In this document: positions 15,917 through 24,221 of the stretch, piece after piece
Layout: each line of letters starts with the position of its first letter
How positions within the stretch are numbered: the first letter of the stretch is position 1
Source of the DNA: a virus
Direction: 5' to 3' (one strand)
IMG/VR virus record: IMGVR_UViG_3300042923_001252
Coordinates: 1 to 45,389 of that record
Length of the DNA: 45,389 bases
Notes under the pieces: model-generated
Told to the model about the DNA's origin: nothing
Databases searched by the model: none
The model's input: the letters and a program-made list of their open reading frames with translations, nothing else
Made by a program: the position numbers and the translations under genes

Positions 15917-17491
15917 ATGGATCGATACGCCATTTATTTGAGGAAAAGCCGCGCTGATTTGGAAGCTGAGGCGCGCGGTGAAGGCGAAACATTGGCAAAG
16001 CATAAACGTGTGCTATTCAGGTATGCCAAAGATAATAAGCTAAATATTGTTAAGCTATATGAGGAAGTTGTCTCTGGGGAAAGTGTTATTCATCGTCCTA
16101 AGATGATTCAGCTGCTTAATGATGTAGATGATGATATGTATGATGGTGTTTTATGTATGGATATGGACCGGCTCGGGCGCGGTGATATGCAGGATCAAGG
16201 ATTGATCCTGAACACCTTTAAGAACTCGAATACGAAGATAATTACGCCTCGCAAGACTTATGACCTCAATAACGAAATTGACGAGGAATACAGTGAATTT
16301 GAGACGTTTATCGCACGACGCGAGTTAAAGATTATTACTCGTCGGTTACAAGGTGGTCGACTTGAGACAGTACAAGAAGGTTGGTACATCGGATCCTATC
16401 CACCACTAGGCTATAGTATAAAGTACCTTGACAAAGGAAAACGTACTCTAGAAGAAAACGAAAAACAATCACCTATAGTTCGATTGATTTTTGAGTTGTA
16501 TACCTCTGACGATCCAAGCAAACGACTAGGTAGCGCGCGAATCGCTAATAAATTAAATGAACTTGGGTATGAAAAATATACTGGTGGACCATTTAATAGT
16601 TGGGACGTTCTAAATATTATTAAAAACGCCGTATATGCTGGCCGTATTCAGTGGAAAAGGAAAGAGATTAAGAAGTCAACCGAACCCGGTAAGAAGAAAG
16701 ACACACGTACTCGCCCACGTTCTGAATGGATTGACGTAAAAGGGAAACACGAACCTCTAATAAGTATGGAAGTTTATCAAAAGGCGCAAGATATATTGGC
16801 TAATAGATCTCATCCCCCTTTTCACTTGAGCGGTATTAAAAATCCTTTAGCTGGTATCTTAAAGTGTGGCAATTGTGGTTCGACAATGGTACTTAGACCG
16901 TATACAACACAAAAGCCCCACCTGATGTGCGCCAAACAAAAACAGTGTCACCTAAAATCAACACAGTTTGATCTAGTCGAACAGCGATTATTAGATTCAC
17001 TTAATGAATATCTTGAAAGCTATAAAAATCAATGGCTTGAAACAAAACCAACCAAAAAAAGTGAACATACTCTAGAAATGTGGCATAACACATTGAATGG
17101 ACTGAAAAAAGAAAATGACATGATACAAACACAACAAACAAAATTATTTGATCTCTTGGAAAGAGGCATATATACCGAAGAAATATTTATAGAACGATCA
17201 AATAATCTGGCTGAACGAATTGAGACAAATACAAATGCAATAAAAAAAGCTCAAGCTGAACTTATCGATGAGGAGAAACGTCAACAAGCTCGAAATGATA
17301 TCATCCCAACTGTTGAACGAGTTCTTGACTTGTATCCAAAAACTGATGATCCTGCTCAAAAGAACATGTTGCTTAAATCTGTTCTCGAAAAAGCAGTGTA
17401 TTTTAAGTCAAAAGGCCAATTTAAGGATGATTTTAAACTTGTGATCTATCCAAACATCAAGCGTAGCAAGGGTTTTCAAGCACAGATATAA
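15917..17491 (+). CDS. Large serine recombinase (SprA/TP901-type phage integrase)
   Basis: Resolvase-type N-terminus AIYLRKSRADLE..GETL..H (catalytic Ser), recombinase domain, Cys-rich CGNCGS..C..C zinc ribbon and coiled-coil C-terminus. ATG 15917 follows GGAGGGGA. Confidence 0.9.
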   Translation: MDRYAIYLRKSRADLEAEARGEGETLAKHKRVLFRYAKDNKLNIVKLYEEVVSGESVIHRPKMIQLLNDVDDDMYDGVLCMDMDRLGRGDMQDQGLILNTFKNSNTKIITPRKTYDLNNEIDEEYSEFETFIARRELKIITRRLQGGRLETVQEGWYIGSYPPLGYSIKYLDKGKRTLEENEKQSPIVRLIFELYTSDDPSKRLGSARIANKLNELGYEKYTGGPFNSWDVLNIIKNAVYAGRIQWKRKEIKKSTEPGKKKDTRTRPRSEWIDVKGKHEPLISMEVYQKAQDILANRSHPPFHLSGIKNPLAGILKCGNCGSTMVLRPYTTQKPHLMCAKQKQCHLKSTQFDLVEQRLLDSLNEYLESYKNQWLETKPTKKSEHTLEMWHNTLNGLKKENDMIQTQQTKLFDLLERGIYTEEIFIERSNNLAERIETNTNAIKKAQAELIDEEKRQQARNDIIPTVERVLDLYPKTDDPAQKNMLLKSVLEKAVYFKSKGQFKDDFKLVIYPNIKRSKGFQAQI

Positions 17492-17530
17492 AGTGAAGGG
17501 TAACACAATACCCTTCACTTTATATCTGTG
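17481..17530. repeat. Perfect 22-bp inverted repeat with a 6-nt spacer overlapping the integrase stop codon (candidate attP and/or terminator)
   Basis: CACAGATATAAAGTGAAGGGTA-acacaa-TACCCTTCACTTTATATCTGTG. The arms are exact reverse complements. Confidence 0.85.
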
Positions 17531-17720
17531 TTTCTAGTTATCTTCATTAATGAACGTTAAAAACGTACATATGTATGGAGAAGAATGGATTGGATATGAA
17601 GCCAAATTTGAATAAAGATAATAATTGTGAAACATTAATCATAGCTTTTTAACTCGTAAACTAACCGTTAGCAAACAAGTGTTATAAATTTATATCGGGA
17701 TAAAATATCCTCTTATATTG

Positions 17721-17756
17721 AAAAAACTCATCCACGAAATCAGGATGAGTTTTTTC
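17721..17756. terminator. Bidirectional rho-independent terminator
   Basis: AAAAAACTCATCC-acgaaatca-GGATGAGTTTTTT. Sits directly after the stop of the minus-strand WYL gene and faces the integrase operon. Confidence 0.8.
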
Positions 17757-17937
17757 ATGCACTTCGGACAATGCGCCTAGCAAGAATATTACCTAATTGA
17801 AAAATACGAACTTGCCGGCGCGTGTAACAATATGCTTTTACATATGTCTCTTTTGCTTCAATCACGCGTATGTTTCGCTGAGTTATTTTTCCATTCTTCG
17901 CCTGATAAATAATTTCTATTACATCGCCATTTCTCAT
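17755..17937 (-). CDS. Stand-alone WYL-domain protein (60 aa)
   Basis: IEIIYQAKNGKITQRNIRVIEAKETYVKAYCYTRRQVRIFQLGNI follows the WYL signature (..Y....G..T.R.i.....yl.AYC..r...R.F.l..I). ATGA overlap with the upstream wHTH gene. Confidence 0.65.
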   Translation of the reverse strand: MRNGDVIEIIYQAKNGKITQRNIRVIEAKETYVKAYCYTRRQVRIFQLGNILARRIVRSA

Positions 17938-18134
17938 GATGAGATCCTCACAGTACGATTCATGTTTTCCTCAAAATCGATCCGTCCTTCTTTTTTCAAA
18001 CGATCTAAATGATGCTTGACTGTACTTGTTGATTTTAGTCCTACATATTCTCCGATTTCCTTTATAGACGGTGCGTATCCGTGTTTTATGGTTAGGAACT
18101 CTATCGCTTCTATGATTAATTCTCTTCGATTCAT
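17934..18134 (-). CDS. LexA-N-terminal-like winged-HTH protein lacking the S24 peptidase domain
   Basis: GYAPSIKEIGEYVGLKSTSTVKHHLDRLKKEGRI matches the LexA DNA-binding domain pattern. Only 66 aa. ATG 18134 follows AGAGGTGA. Confidence 0.7.
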   Translation of the reverse strand: MNRRELIIEAIEFLTIKHGYAPSIKEIGEYVGLKSTSTVKHHLDRLKKEGRIDFEENMNRTVRISS

Positions 18135-18160
18135 CTTCATCACCTCTATCTCAATTATAA

Positions 18161-18212
18161 CGAACATATGTTTTTATTTCCAGTATAAAAAGAACGTTTG
18201 TTCGTGTATAAT
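18161..18212. promoter_or_regulatory. Divergent promoter region with two LexA (Cheo) boxes and a TATAAT -10
   Basis: CGAACATATGTTTT (18161..18174) matches the ideal CGAACATATGTTCG at 12 of 14 positions. AGAACGTTTGTTCG (18191..18204) has a perfect GAAC-N4-GTTC core. Centres are 30 bp apart. TATAAT at 18207..18212 faces the polymerase gene. Confidence 0.75.
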
Positions 18213-18244
18213 AAAGACATTCTTCTTACCGGGGATGGTGAATT

Positions 18245-19471
18245 ATGGATCGAGTCATTTTCCTAGTTGATATGCAGACATTTTATGCATCTGTTGAAAA
18301 AGCAGATCATCCTGAATATCGTGATAGGCCGCTAATCGTCGCCGGAGATCCAAAACAGCGTAGCGGTATCGTATTGGCAGCATGTCCAATCGCTAAAAGC
18401 TGTGGTGTTCGAACGGCCGAGGGACTATGGGAAGCACGGAAAAAGTGTCCTCAAGCAGTTATCCGGATCCCACGTATGCAGCATTATATTGATGTCTCAA
18501 TCAAAATCACTTCAATTTTAGAGAAATTCACTGATTTGGTTGAACCATATAGCATCGATGAGCAATTTATGGATGTGACTGATAGTCAGCTTTTGTTTGG
18601 TAGTCCGTTCGAAGTTGCTCAGAAAGTACAGAAACAAATTGCAGATGAAATTGGCGTCTATGCACGTGTCGGCATTGGTTCGAGCAAGGTCATGGCAAAA
18701 ATGGCGTGTGACAACTTCGCCAAAAAGAACATCGATGGTATCTTTGAGTTGACGAAAAATAACATACAACAATATCTCTGGCCGCTCCCGATCTCAAAAA
18801 TGTTCAGCGTTGGCAATCGAATGGAAGAAAATTTAATCGGAATGGGAATCCGAACGATTGAACATTTGGCGAACAGTCCGATAAAACTACTGCAGGATCG
18901 TTGGGGAATAAATGGAACATTATTATGGATGACAGCCCACGGATTGGACTACTCTCCTGTTACGCCAAGCACATTTAAGGAACAGAAAGCCATCGGTCAT
19001 CATATGACTCTGCCGCGCGACTATGCCAATGAAAAGGATATTCGTGTGATTATACTCGAATTGAGCGAAGAGGTGGCGCACCGTGCACGAAAAAAGGGCT
19101 ATATGGGCAATGTTGTTGCTGCCGGAATAACCGGTCAATACGATCGACATACAGGATTTTATCGACAAATGAAGCTTGATACATCCACAAATTATGGATT
19201 AGACATTTACCATGCTGCCTTGCGATTATTTGCCGACAATTGGGATCGTGAGCCGGTACGTGGGGTATCCGTCACCCTCTCAGACCTCCAACCGGTATCT
19301 CCTTACCAGCTGGATATATTCGGAGAAGTTGAACGAAAAAGTCAACTAAGTGCTGCCGTTGATGCTATTTATAATAAATATGGCAAGACTGCCATTTACC
19401 GAGGAACGTCCCTATTACCAGGTTCTCAATGGGACAATCGTGCTGGAAAAATTGGAGGGCATTTTAAATGA
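18245..19471 (+). CDS. Y-family (UmuC/DinB/UvrX-like) translesion DNA polymerase
   Basis: VDMQTFYASVE and SIDEQFMDVT catalytic motifs. 408 aa, with palm/fingers/little-finger-sized architecture. Confidence 0.9.
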   Translation: MDRVIFLVDMQTFYASVEKADHPEYRDRPLIVAGDPKQRSGIVLAACPIAKSCGVRTAEGLWEARKKCPQAVIRIPRMQHYIDVSIKITSILEKFTDLVEPYSIDEQFMDVTDSQLLFGSPFEVAQKVQKQIADEIGVYARVGIGSSKVMAKMACDNFAKKNIDGIFELTKNNIQQYLWPLPISKMFSVGNRMEENLIGMGIRTIEHLANSPIKLLQDRWGINGTLLWMTAHGLDYSPVTPSTFKEQKAIGHHMTLPRDYANEKDIRVIILELSEEVAHRARKKGYMGNVVAAGITGQYDRHTGFYRQMKLDTSTNYGLDIYHAALRLFADNWDREPVRGVSVTLSDLQPVSPYQLDIFGEVERKSQLSAAVDAIYNKYGKTAIYRGTSLLPGSQWDNRAGKIGGHFK

Positions 19472-19824
19472 AGGCAAATAAGTTAACTAGAGGCGCTAAT
19501 TTACGGTGGGAATCAAGTCGAATGATGCTGCCGGAACACGTAGCAGCACTTAAAAAGCATACAATTAATAAGATGAAAATAGATTGTCCTATCCTCTCTG
19601 ATGACGAGCTAGAACAGATAGGTAATATGCTTAATGAAGCCTTACAAAGGCGCTATCCAGTTGAATTATCTTACTACAAGGACGGATTTATTAAGCAAAA
19701 GATTTGCTATATAAGCAAACTAGATCCGATCTACAAGCAATTGACGGTTAGCGATATGTACGGTCTTAAGTGGCAATATGACTTTAAAGATATTGTTGGA
19801 GTTCAGCTCAGCAATGATGTCTGA
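19468..19824 (+). CDS. YolD-like protein (UmuD-analogous accessory factor)
   Basis: LRWESSRMMLPEHVAALKKH motif typical of the YolD family. ATGA overlap with the polymerase stop. Confidence 0.75.
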   Translation: MKANKLTRGANLRWESSRMMLPEHVAALKKHTINKMKIDCPILSDDELEQIGNMLNEALQRRYPVELSYYKDGFIKQKICYISKLDPIYKQLTVSDMYGLKWQYDFKDIVGVQLSNDV

Positions 19825-20110
19825 GAAAGAAGCGATTATCGCTACAGAATATGCTCTCTTACCGCTTATTAGACGAGCATTAGAGATCTATCGTAAAGCT
19901 TTTGCTAACTCCGGACTTAAGTTCCGCAGCTCCTACATTGCACAATTAGATGAAGCGTTACACCTAGTTACGGACGACATGTGTAAAAATAAGCAAGAGA
20001 TTTTTAAGTACCACATCCGCATGGAAAAGAAAAACTGGCTTAATTATGAGGTATATGTAAGTGGTCAGTTGTTTGATTTTGCTTACCCAAAATACGTTGC
20101 CGCTGACTAG
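19814..20110 (+). CDS. Hypothetical protein, third gene of the polymerase cassette
   Basis: ATG 19814/19817 overlaps the YolD-like stop. No motif. Confidence 0.5.
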   Translation: MMSEKEAIIATEYALLPLIRRALEIYRKAFANSGLKFRSSYIAQLDEALHLVTDDMCKNKQEIFKYHIRMEKKNWLNYEVYVSGQLFDFAYPKYVAAD

Positions 20111-20245
20111 ATTAATGAATGTGCGAAGGAGTATTTTTAAATTTAATAAAATACTGACAAAAATAACAAATATCAATTGTGTATAATTTTTAATTTCCCG
20201 AAGAAAATATCAATATGATTAAAACAAATTTGAAGGGTGATTAAT

Positions 20246-20725
20246 TTGAAAAAGAGTATAAATTTAACGCAATTTATGAAGTTCGTGTCCTTTTTGGCGC
20301 TTGTAACATGTATATGGGGGATATGGGGAAGTAACTCGTTAGCTCAACATTTTAAATATGATCCTATTCGCATCGGCAGGGTAAATCAATCTGTTTCAGA
20401 TCAAGGAATTAAATTTTCGATCCAAAAATATTCTGTTGATGGGAATAGGCTAAATGTTTTCTACACTATTGACTTAATAAATAATAAGAAAAGTAATGAA
20501 CCAAGTGGTTTTTTGATGGAAGTCCCAGATATTATGGTAAATAACCAAAAAATTTCTTCCTCTAATCAAGTTCAAACTGGTAAAAAAATTAGTGCAAGAG
20601 AGTTTGCAGGTCGTGTGGAAACTAGACTTCCCATCAATATCCCCAAAAAATTTAAGGTAACGTTTAACACTGATCAAATTCTTGGTCAAGCCGGTCAATG
20701 GACAATCCCATTCTATATTAAATAA
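20246..20725 (+). CDS. Membrane-anchored/secreted hypothetical protein (moron)
   Basis: TTG 20246 lies 5 nt after GAAGGGTGA. N-terminal TM FMKFVSFLALVTCIWGIWG is followed by a beta-rich domain. TATAAT at 20182..20187 lies upstream. Confidence 0.55.
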   Translation: MKKSINLTQFMKFVSFLALVTCIWGIWGSNSLAQHFKYDPIRIGRVNQSVSDQGIKFSIQKYSVDGNRLNVFYTIDLINNKKSNEPSGFLMEVPDIMVNNQKISSSNQVQTGKKISAREFAGRVETRLPINIPKKFKVTFNTDQILGQAGQWTIPFYIK

Positions 20726-20780
20726 AAAAAGCAAGGTATCTCGTTTATAAAAATTTGGAGATACCTTGCTTTTTTTTAAC
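20724..20780. terminator. Bidirectional terminator between convergent moron genes
   Basis: AAAAAAAGCAAGGTATCTC-loop-GAGATACCTTGCTTTTTTTT. Confidence 0.85.
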
Positions 20781-20803
20781 TACTGATATACTTTTACACT
20801 TTT

Positions 20804-21310
20804 TTAATCATAGGCATGAATCGTTGCCCATTCCTCTTTAGTTGGATTCACTACTCTTAGATAGAATTCTGCTTTTCCATTATCTCCGTCACAATATTGG
20901 GATATGTTTCTCCACACAAAATCATGATCACCTATGCCATATAGAGTGTCTCCAACTGGGTCATCATCGTTAGTTTCATCTTCTTCGTAAAGGTGAACAT
21001 AATAACCATTGCTTGAAGAAAGTCCTCTAAATGTAATCTCAAAATCGCCCCCGGTTGAATAATAAACGTTTGATGTTGCACCGGAACTATATAACATTAA
21101 ATCTTGAGAACCAACGGGGTCCCAACCAGTACTTTGCGGTTCAACAGTAATTGGAGAAGATTCATTTATTTTTTGAATAGGATCATCAATTACTGTTGAT
21201 ACAGAAGTAGAGTTGTGTGCAATTTGGGATTTTCCAGAGTTTGCAAAGACGGACGTTGGAAGCAACAATGATAATGATAAAGCAATAATCATTACGCTAA
21301 ATTTCTTCAT
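20804..21310 (-). CDS. Secreted hypothetical protein (moron)
   Basis: ATG 21310 follows GGAGGGA. Sec signal MKKFSVMIIALSLSLLLPTSVFA-NS. No known domain recognised. Confidence 0.6.
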   Translation of the reverse strand: MKKFSVMIIALSLSLLLPTSVFANSGKSQIAHNSTSVSTVIDDPIQKINESSPITVEPQSTGWDPVGSQDLMLYSSGATSNVYYSTGGDFEITFRGLSSSNGYYVHLYEEDETNDDDPVGDTLYGIGDHDFVWRNISQYCDGDNGKAEFYLRVVNPTKEEWATIHAYD

Positions 21311-21525
21311 ATAAATCCCTCCATAATTCATAGTGTTTTTTATTACACAATTCAAACTATAGTATATAAATTAGATAGAATTAAATATTATCCTTTTTAA
21401 TATGTTAAATACTTTTCGTCAAACTTTGCGTAATCGATTTTTAGAAGTTCTAACTTTAACATTTCTTTATAGTCAAATAACTTGTTTTTTATGTATCCCG
21501 GCAAGGCCGGGAATGAATCATTATG

Positions 21526-21924
21526 TCATTTTGCTTTAAGCACGGCCTGCTCTATCAGTTGCGGAATCAGACATTCAATGTCGCCAATAGCTGATTTTCC
21601 GAGGGCAATCAATTCAGGTGCTTGAGCGATCACAGCTTTGACAGCTTCTTCTTTAACGCTTGCAGCAAACTCAGATGTAAATGCTCCTTTTGCTTTGGCA
21701 TCAGAAACTACACGCTGGTTAAAATCGGCTACAACTGTTTGAGCAATGGAAGATAGTCCATCAATCACCCTATTGGCGATGTCAGCCTGTGAAGTGCTCA
21801 GGTGCTTGTCCACTGCGTCTTTAATCTTTGGCATGAATGAGACAACCACAGCCCCTACTCCTGCAACCAATACAGATAGAACTGCAGTTAGTACTTGTAC
21901 TCCTAAATCTTGCACAATAATCAT
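21526..21924 (-). CDS. Single-TM membrane protein, LL-H-type holin-like
   Basis: N-terminal TM LTAVLSVLVAGVGAVVVSF followed by a hydrophilic Ala/Lys-rich tail. Last gene of the lysis cassette. The start may be GTG 21915. Confidence 0.45.
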   Translation of the reverse strand: MIIVQDLGVQVLTAVLSVLVAGVGAVVVSFMPKIKDAVDKHLSTSQADIANRVIDGLSSIAQTVVADFNQRVVSDAKAKGAFTSEFAASVKEEAVKAVIAQAPELIALGKSAIGDIECLIPQLIEQAVLKAK

Positions 21925-21928
21925 CCTT

Positions 21929-23242
21929 TCAATATTTTAATTTCATCCCTGGACGAATGAGATCCGAGCGCAGATGATTTTTGTTTTTCAAATTGCTGAC
22001 GGTCGTTTTCAAGTGCTTTGCAATAGTCCACAAGTTATCGTTTTTTTTAACGACATACGGCTTTTTTGTAGCCTTCTTGACTGCCTTTTTCGTAATCAAA
22101 ACGCTAGATACATAGTTTTTGTTTGCAGTCAGATAAAATCCGCTAGAAACTTTGAGACGTGGAGTGCTGGCTTTACTGTATTCGATACTTTTTACCGTGA
22201 ATTCTGTACCCTTTTTAAAGAAGCGAAGACGATATTTTTGATCAAATTGAATTGATCGATACAGTCCGGCTGTTTTCGTCAATTTGACGCGCTTTGCACT
22301 CGTGATATAGTGCTGCTTGATCAGGTCAATTACTTTGACTTTGGCAGGCTTAATACCAGCTTTCAACTTCGCCAAAAGTGCGATATTTTGCGCAGCTGAT
22401 CCTTTATAATCGATAATTCCATACTGTTTCGCAAGCTTCAACCGGTCTTTATACAACCACCCTTTACCCTTAGTCTTAAGGTAGTTTACTAGACTTACAC
22501 TGCCGATCTTTCCAACTTTAGAAGATACCGCTCCGGTGTATTTGCCCGCATAATCGATGCTCACATCAAAAGATTTGTTGACACCGTCGATCGTGTATAC
22601 ATAAGAGCTAGACCATTGGTGAGCACCGCGTTCATTACCTGGATCAAGTACCGTTTTGCCATCAGATGCATATCGAGCAAGCCAAGGCTGTTTATTGCTC
22701 AGCTTAGACGCTACAAGTCGATTCTCGTAAAAGCTTTTTCCTGTATAGATGTCAGTGCGATCATAACCGAGTTTATGCATTTCATCCAAAAAGGCATTGA
22801 CGTAGCTGGTCAGCTTGTCCGCGTCTTTAGTTAGCGATCGCTCCTCTATATCGAGGACTACATAACCGTCATTGGTCTTGCTAAAACCGTCTACCTGCAG
22901 ATTTTTGTCAAACCACTGGGCTTCTGCTTCAGCGTCTGAAATGCTTGTCAGCAGACCATAGTGATACACAGACACACGCAATCCAGCAGCTCGTGCATTG
23001 GCGATGTTGACAGACGCAGACGGATCACGATACGTATTACCCTGTGATACTTTAAACGCTGCGCCATCGGTACCCGCGCGCTTGATCGTTTGAAAATAGC
23101 TGATTGGTAGACCGTTGATTGATTGGTAATGACTAGCATCGATGAAGTCTACTTTTCCTGTCTCCGCACTTGCCGGTAGACAAAAAGAAAACGCCAGTGC
23201 CAGGCATAGCACCAGCGCCGAGAAATATTTGATTTTCTTCAC
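21929..23242 (-). CDS. Endolysin: signal peptide + GH25 muramidase + wall-binding region + C-terminal LysM
   Basis: MKKIKYFSALVLCLALAFSFCLPASA signal. DFIDASHYQ..FKVSQG..YRD..AAGLRVSVYHY..VLDIEE GH25 pattern. YVVKKNDNLWTIAKHL..IRPGMKLKY LysM. Confidence 0.85.
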   Translation of the reverse strand: MKKIKYFSALVLCLALAFSFCLPASAETGKVDFIDASHYQSINGLPISYFQTIKRAGTDGAAFKVSQGNTYRDPSASVNIANARAAGLRVSVYHYGLLTSISDAEAEAQWFDKNLQVDGFSKTNDGYVVLDIEERSLTKDADKLTSYVNAFLDEMHKLGYDRTDIYTGKSFYENRLVASKLSNKQPWLARYASDGKTVLDPGNERGAHQWSSSYVYTIDGVNKSFDVSIDYAGKYTGAVSSKVGKIGSVSLVNYLKTKGKGWLYKDRLKLAKQYGIIDYKGSAAQNIALLAKLKAGIKPAKVKVIDLIKQHYITSAKRVKLTKTAGLYRSIQFDQKYRLRFFKKGTEFTVKSIEYSKASTPRLKVSSGFYLTANKNYVSSVLITKKAVKKATKKPYVVKKNDNLWTIAKHLKTTVSNLKNKNHLRSDLIRPGMKLKY

Positions 23243-23658
23243 TTTTTCTTCTCTCCCTTTTCATCTTCACCCTTGAGTTGAGTAAAGGCTTGTGATATTT
23301 TTTGGGGCAATGGAACGCCCATATGCCCCAGATTCTCTGTAAAGCTAATTCCTTCAGTACCGATGAGGAACATTAACATCGCATTTCGCATGAAGGTTCC
23401 GGATCCTGTTGCCATATCAAGCGTGTGTGCGCCAACAACGGCCATGATCATTCCGAATTTCTTCATCAGCCCACGAAAGGCAATATAAGAAGATACTGTT
23501 TTCATATAGTAAGCTGCCATCACACCGCTGACGTAATCGGTTCCCATCATAATTCCAAAGGCCATGACTAAACTATCAATTCCTCCCAACAAAAAAGCGG
23601 CCGCCGAGTAGGCACCGCCGATGAAAACAGCATATAATGTATCCGTATTATGTTGCAT
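23239..23658 (-). CDS. Holin (Phage_holin_4_1 / toxin-secretion holin family)
   Basis: Three to four TM segments. GGIDSLVMAFGIMMGTDYVSGVMAAY and GLMKKFGMIMAVVGAHTLD match the family pattern. GTGA overlap with the endolysin gene. Confidence 0.8.
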   Translation of the reverse strand: MQHNTDTLYAVFIGGAYSAAAFLLGGIDSLVMAFGIMMGTDYVSGVMAAYYMKTVSSYIAFRGLMKKFGMIMAVVGAHTLDMATGSGTFMRNAMLMFLIGTEGISFTENLGHMGVPLPQKISQAFTQLKGEDEKGEKKK

Positions 23659-23696
23659 CAAGGACCTTCTTTCCAGGACATTTCCCCATTTTTGGC

Positions 23697-23728
23697 AAAA
23701 TAAAAAGACATCGATCTTTTCGACGTCT
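23697..23728 (-). terminator. Rho-independent terminator between tail-fibre module and lysis cassette
   Basis: Minus strand AGACGTCGA-aaaga-TCGATGTCT followed by TTTTTATTTT. Confidence 0.6.
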
Positions 23729-23757
23729 CCCCTCCTTTATTGAGATATGCGAATTCA

Positions 23758-23901
23758 TTACGCTGCTACATAATCATCACCGGTGATCTCTTTATAGTCA
23801 TCTGCCGTGATCCAACCAATTGAAACAAATGTTTTAATGCCCTCTGCTGTATATCCGGTCATATTGGCATCAAAATATTTCTTGATCCAAATTTTCCACA
23901 T
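23758..23901 (-). CDS. XkdX-family small protein (47 aa)
   Basis: Not in the track. MWKIWIKKYFDANMTGYTAEGIKTFVSIGWITADDYKEITGDDYVAA fits the XkdX pattern (..ITxxxYxEITG). Confidence 0.7.
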   Translation of the reverse strand: MWKIWIKKYFDANMTGYTAEGIKTFVSIGWITADDYKEITGDDYVAA

Positions 23902-24221
23902 TATGAAACACCTCCTTGTTTCAGTTGCGCAAGCTGCAGCATAATTGCCGCGTTTTGCGTCTGTAAATCGTTAAACATTTGCGCTTGCTGCGCTGATGTA
24001 AGCAAAAGTTGTGCGTTTTGCTGCTGAAGTGTTAAGACCGGATCATCTTCTGTGTCCCACTCTGCATCATCGGCAAGTGAAAATGAAGAAAAATCTGATA
24101 TCCCCTTAAAAGAGAACAATTCATTTCCCCTAGAGTCCTTACCGATTATAGAATTAATTGTTTTAATAATCTTATCAGCAGAAAGTTCACCTACTACTGG
24201 GACGATTAAAGTTTTACTCAT
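23901..24221 (-). CDS. XkdW-position protein with Gln-rich coiled-coil tail
   Basis: Synteny (fibre, then this gene, then XkdX, as in PBSX xkdV-W-X). No strong motif. Confidence 0.45.
   Translation of the reverse strand: MSKTLIVPVVGELSADKIIKTINSIIGKDSRGNELFSFKGISDFSSFSLADDAEWDTEDDPVLTLQQQNAQLLLTSAQQAQMFNDLQTQNAAIMLQLAQLKQGGVS

Noticed and set aside
17531-17720. The integrase-downstream spacer scanned for a tRNA gene or tRNA-like att core, and a 25-codon ORF (ATGGAGAAG...).
   Set aside because: There is no TPsiC-arm-like GTTCRAATC motif or cloverleaf potential. The mini-ORF has no RBS.
21496-21512. GC-rich hairpin TCCCGGC-aag-GCCGGGA downstream of the last lysis gene, considered as a terminator.
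   Set aside because: The U-run lies on the wrong side for the minus-strand transcript (an A-run follows it). It may still be a stabilising stem-loop, but it is not a canonical intrinsic terminator.
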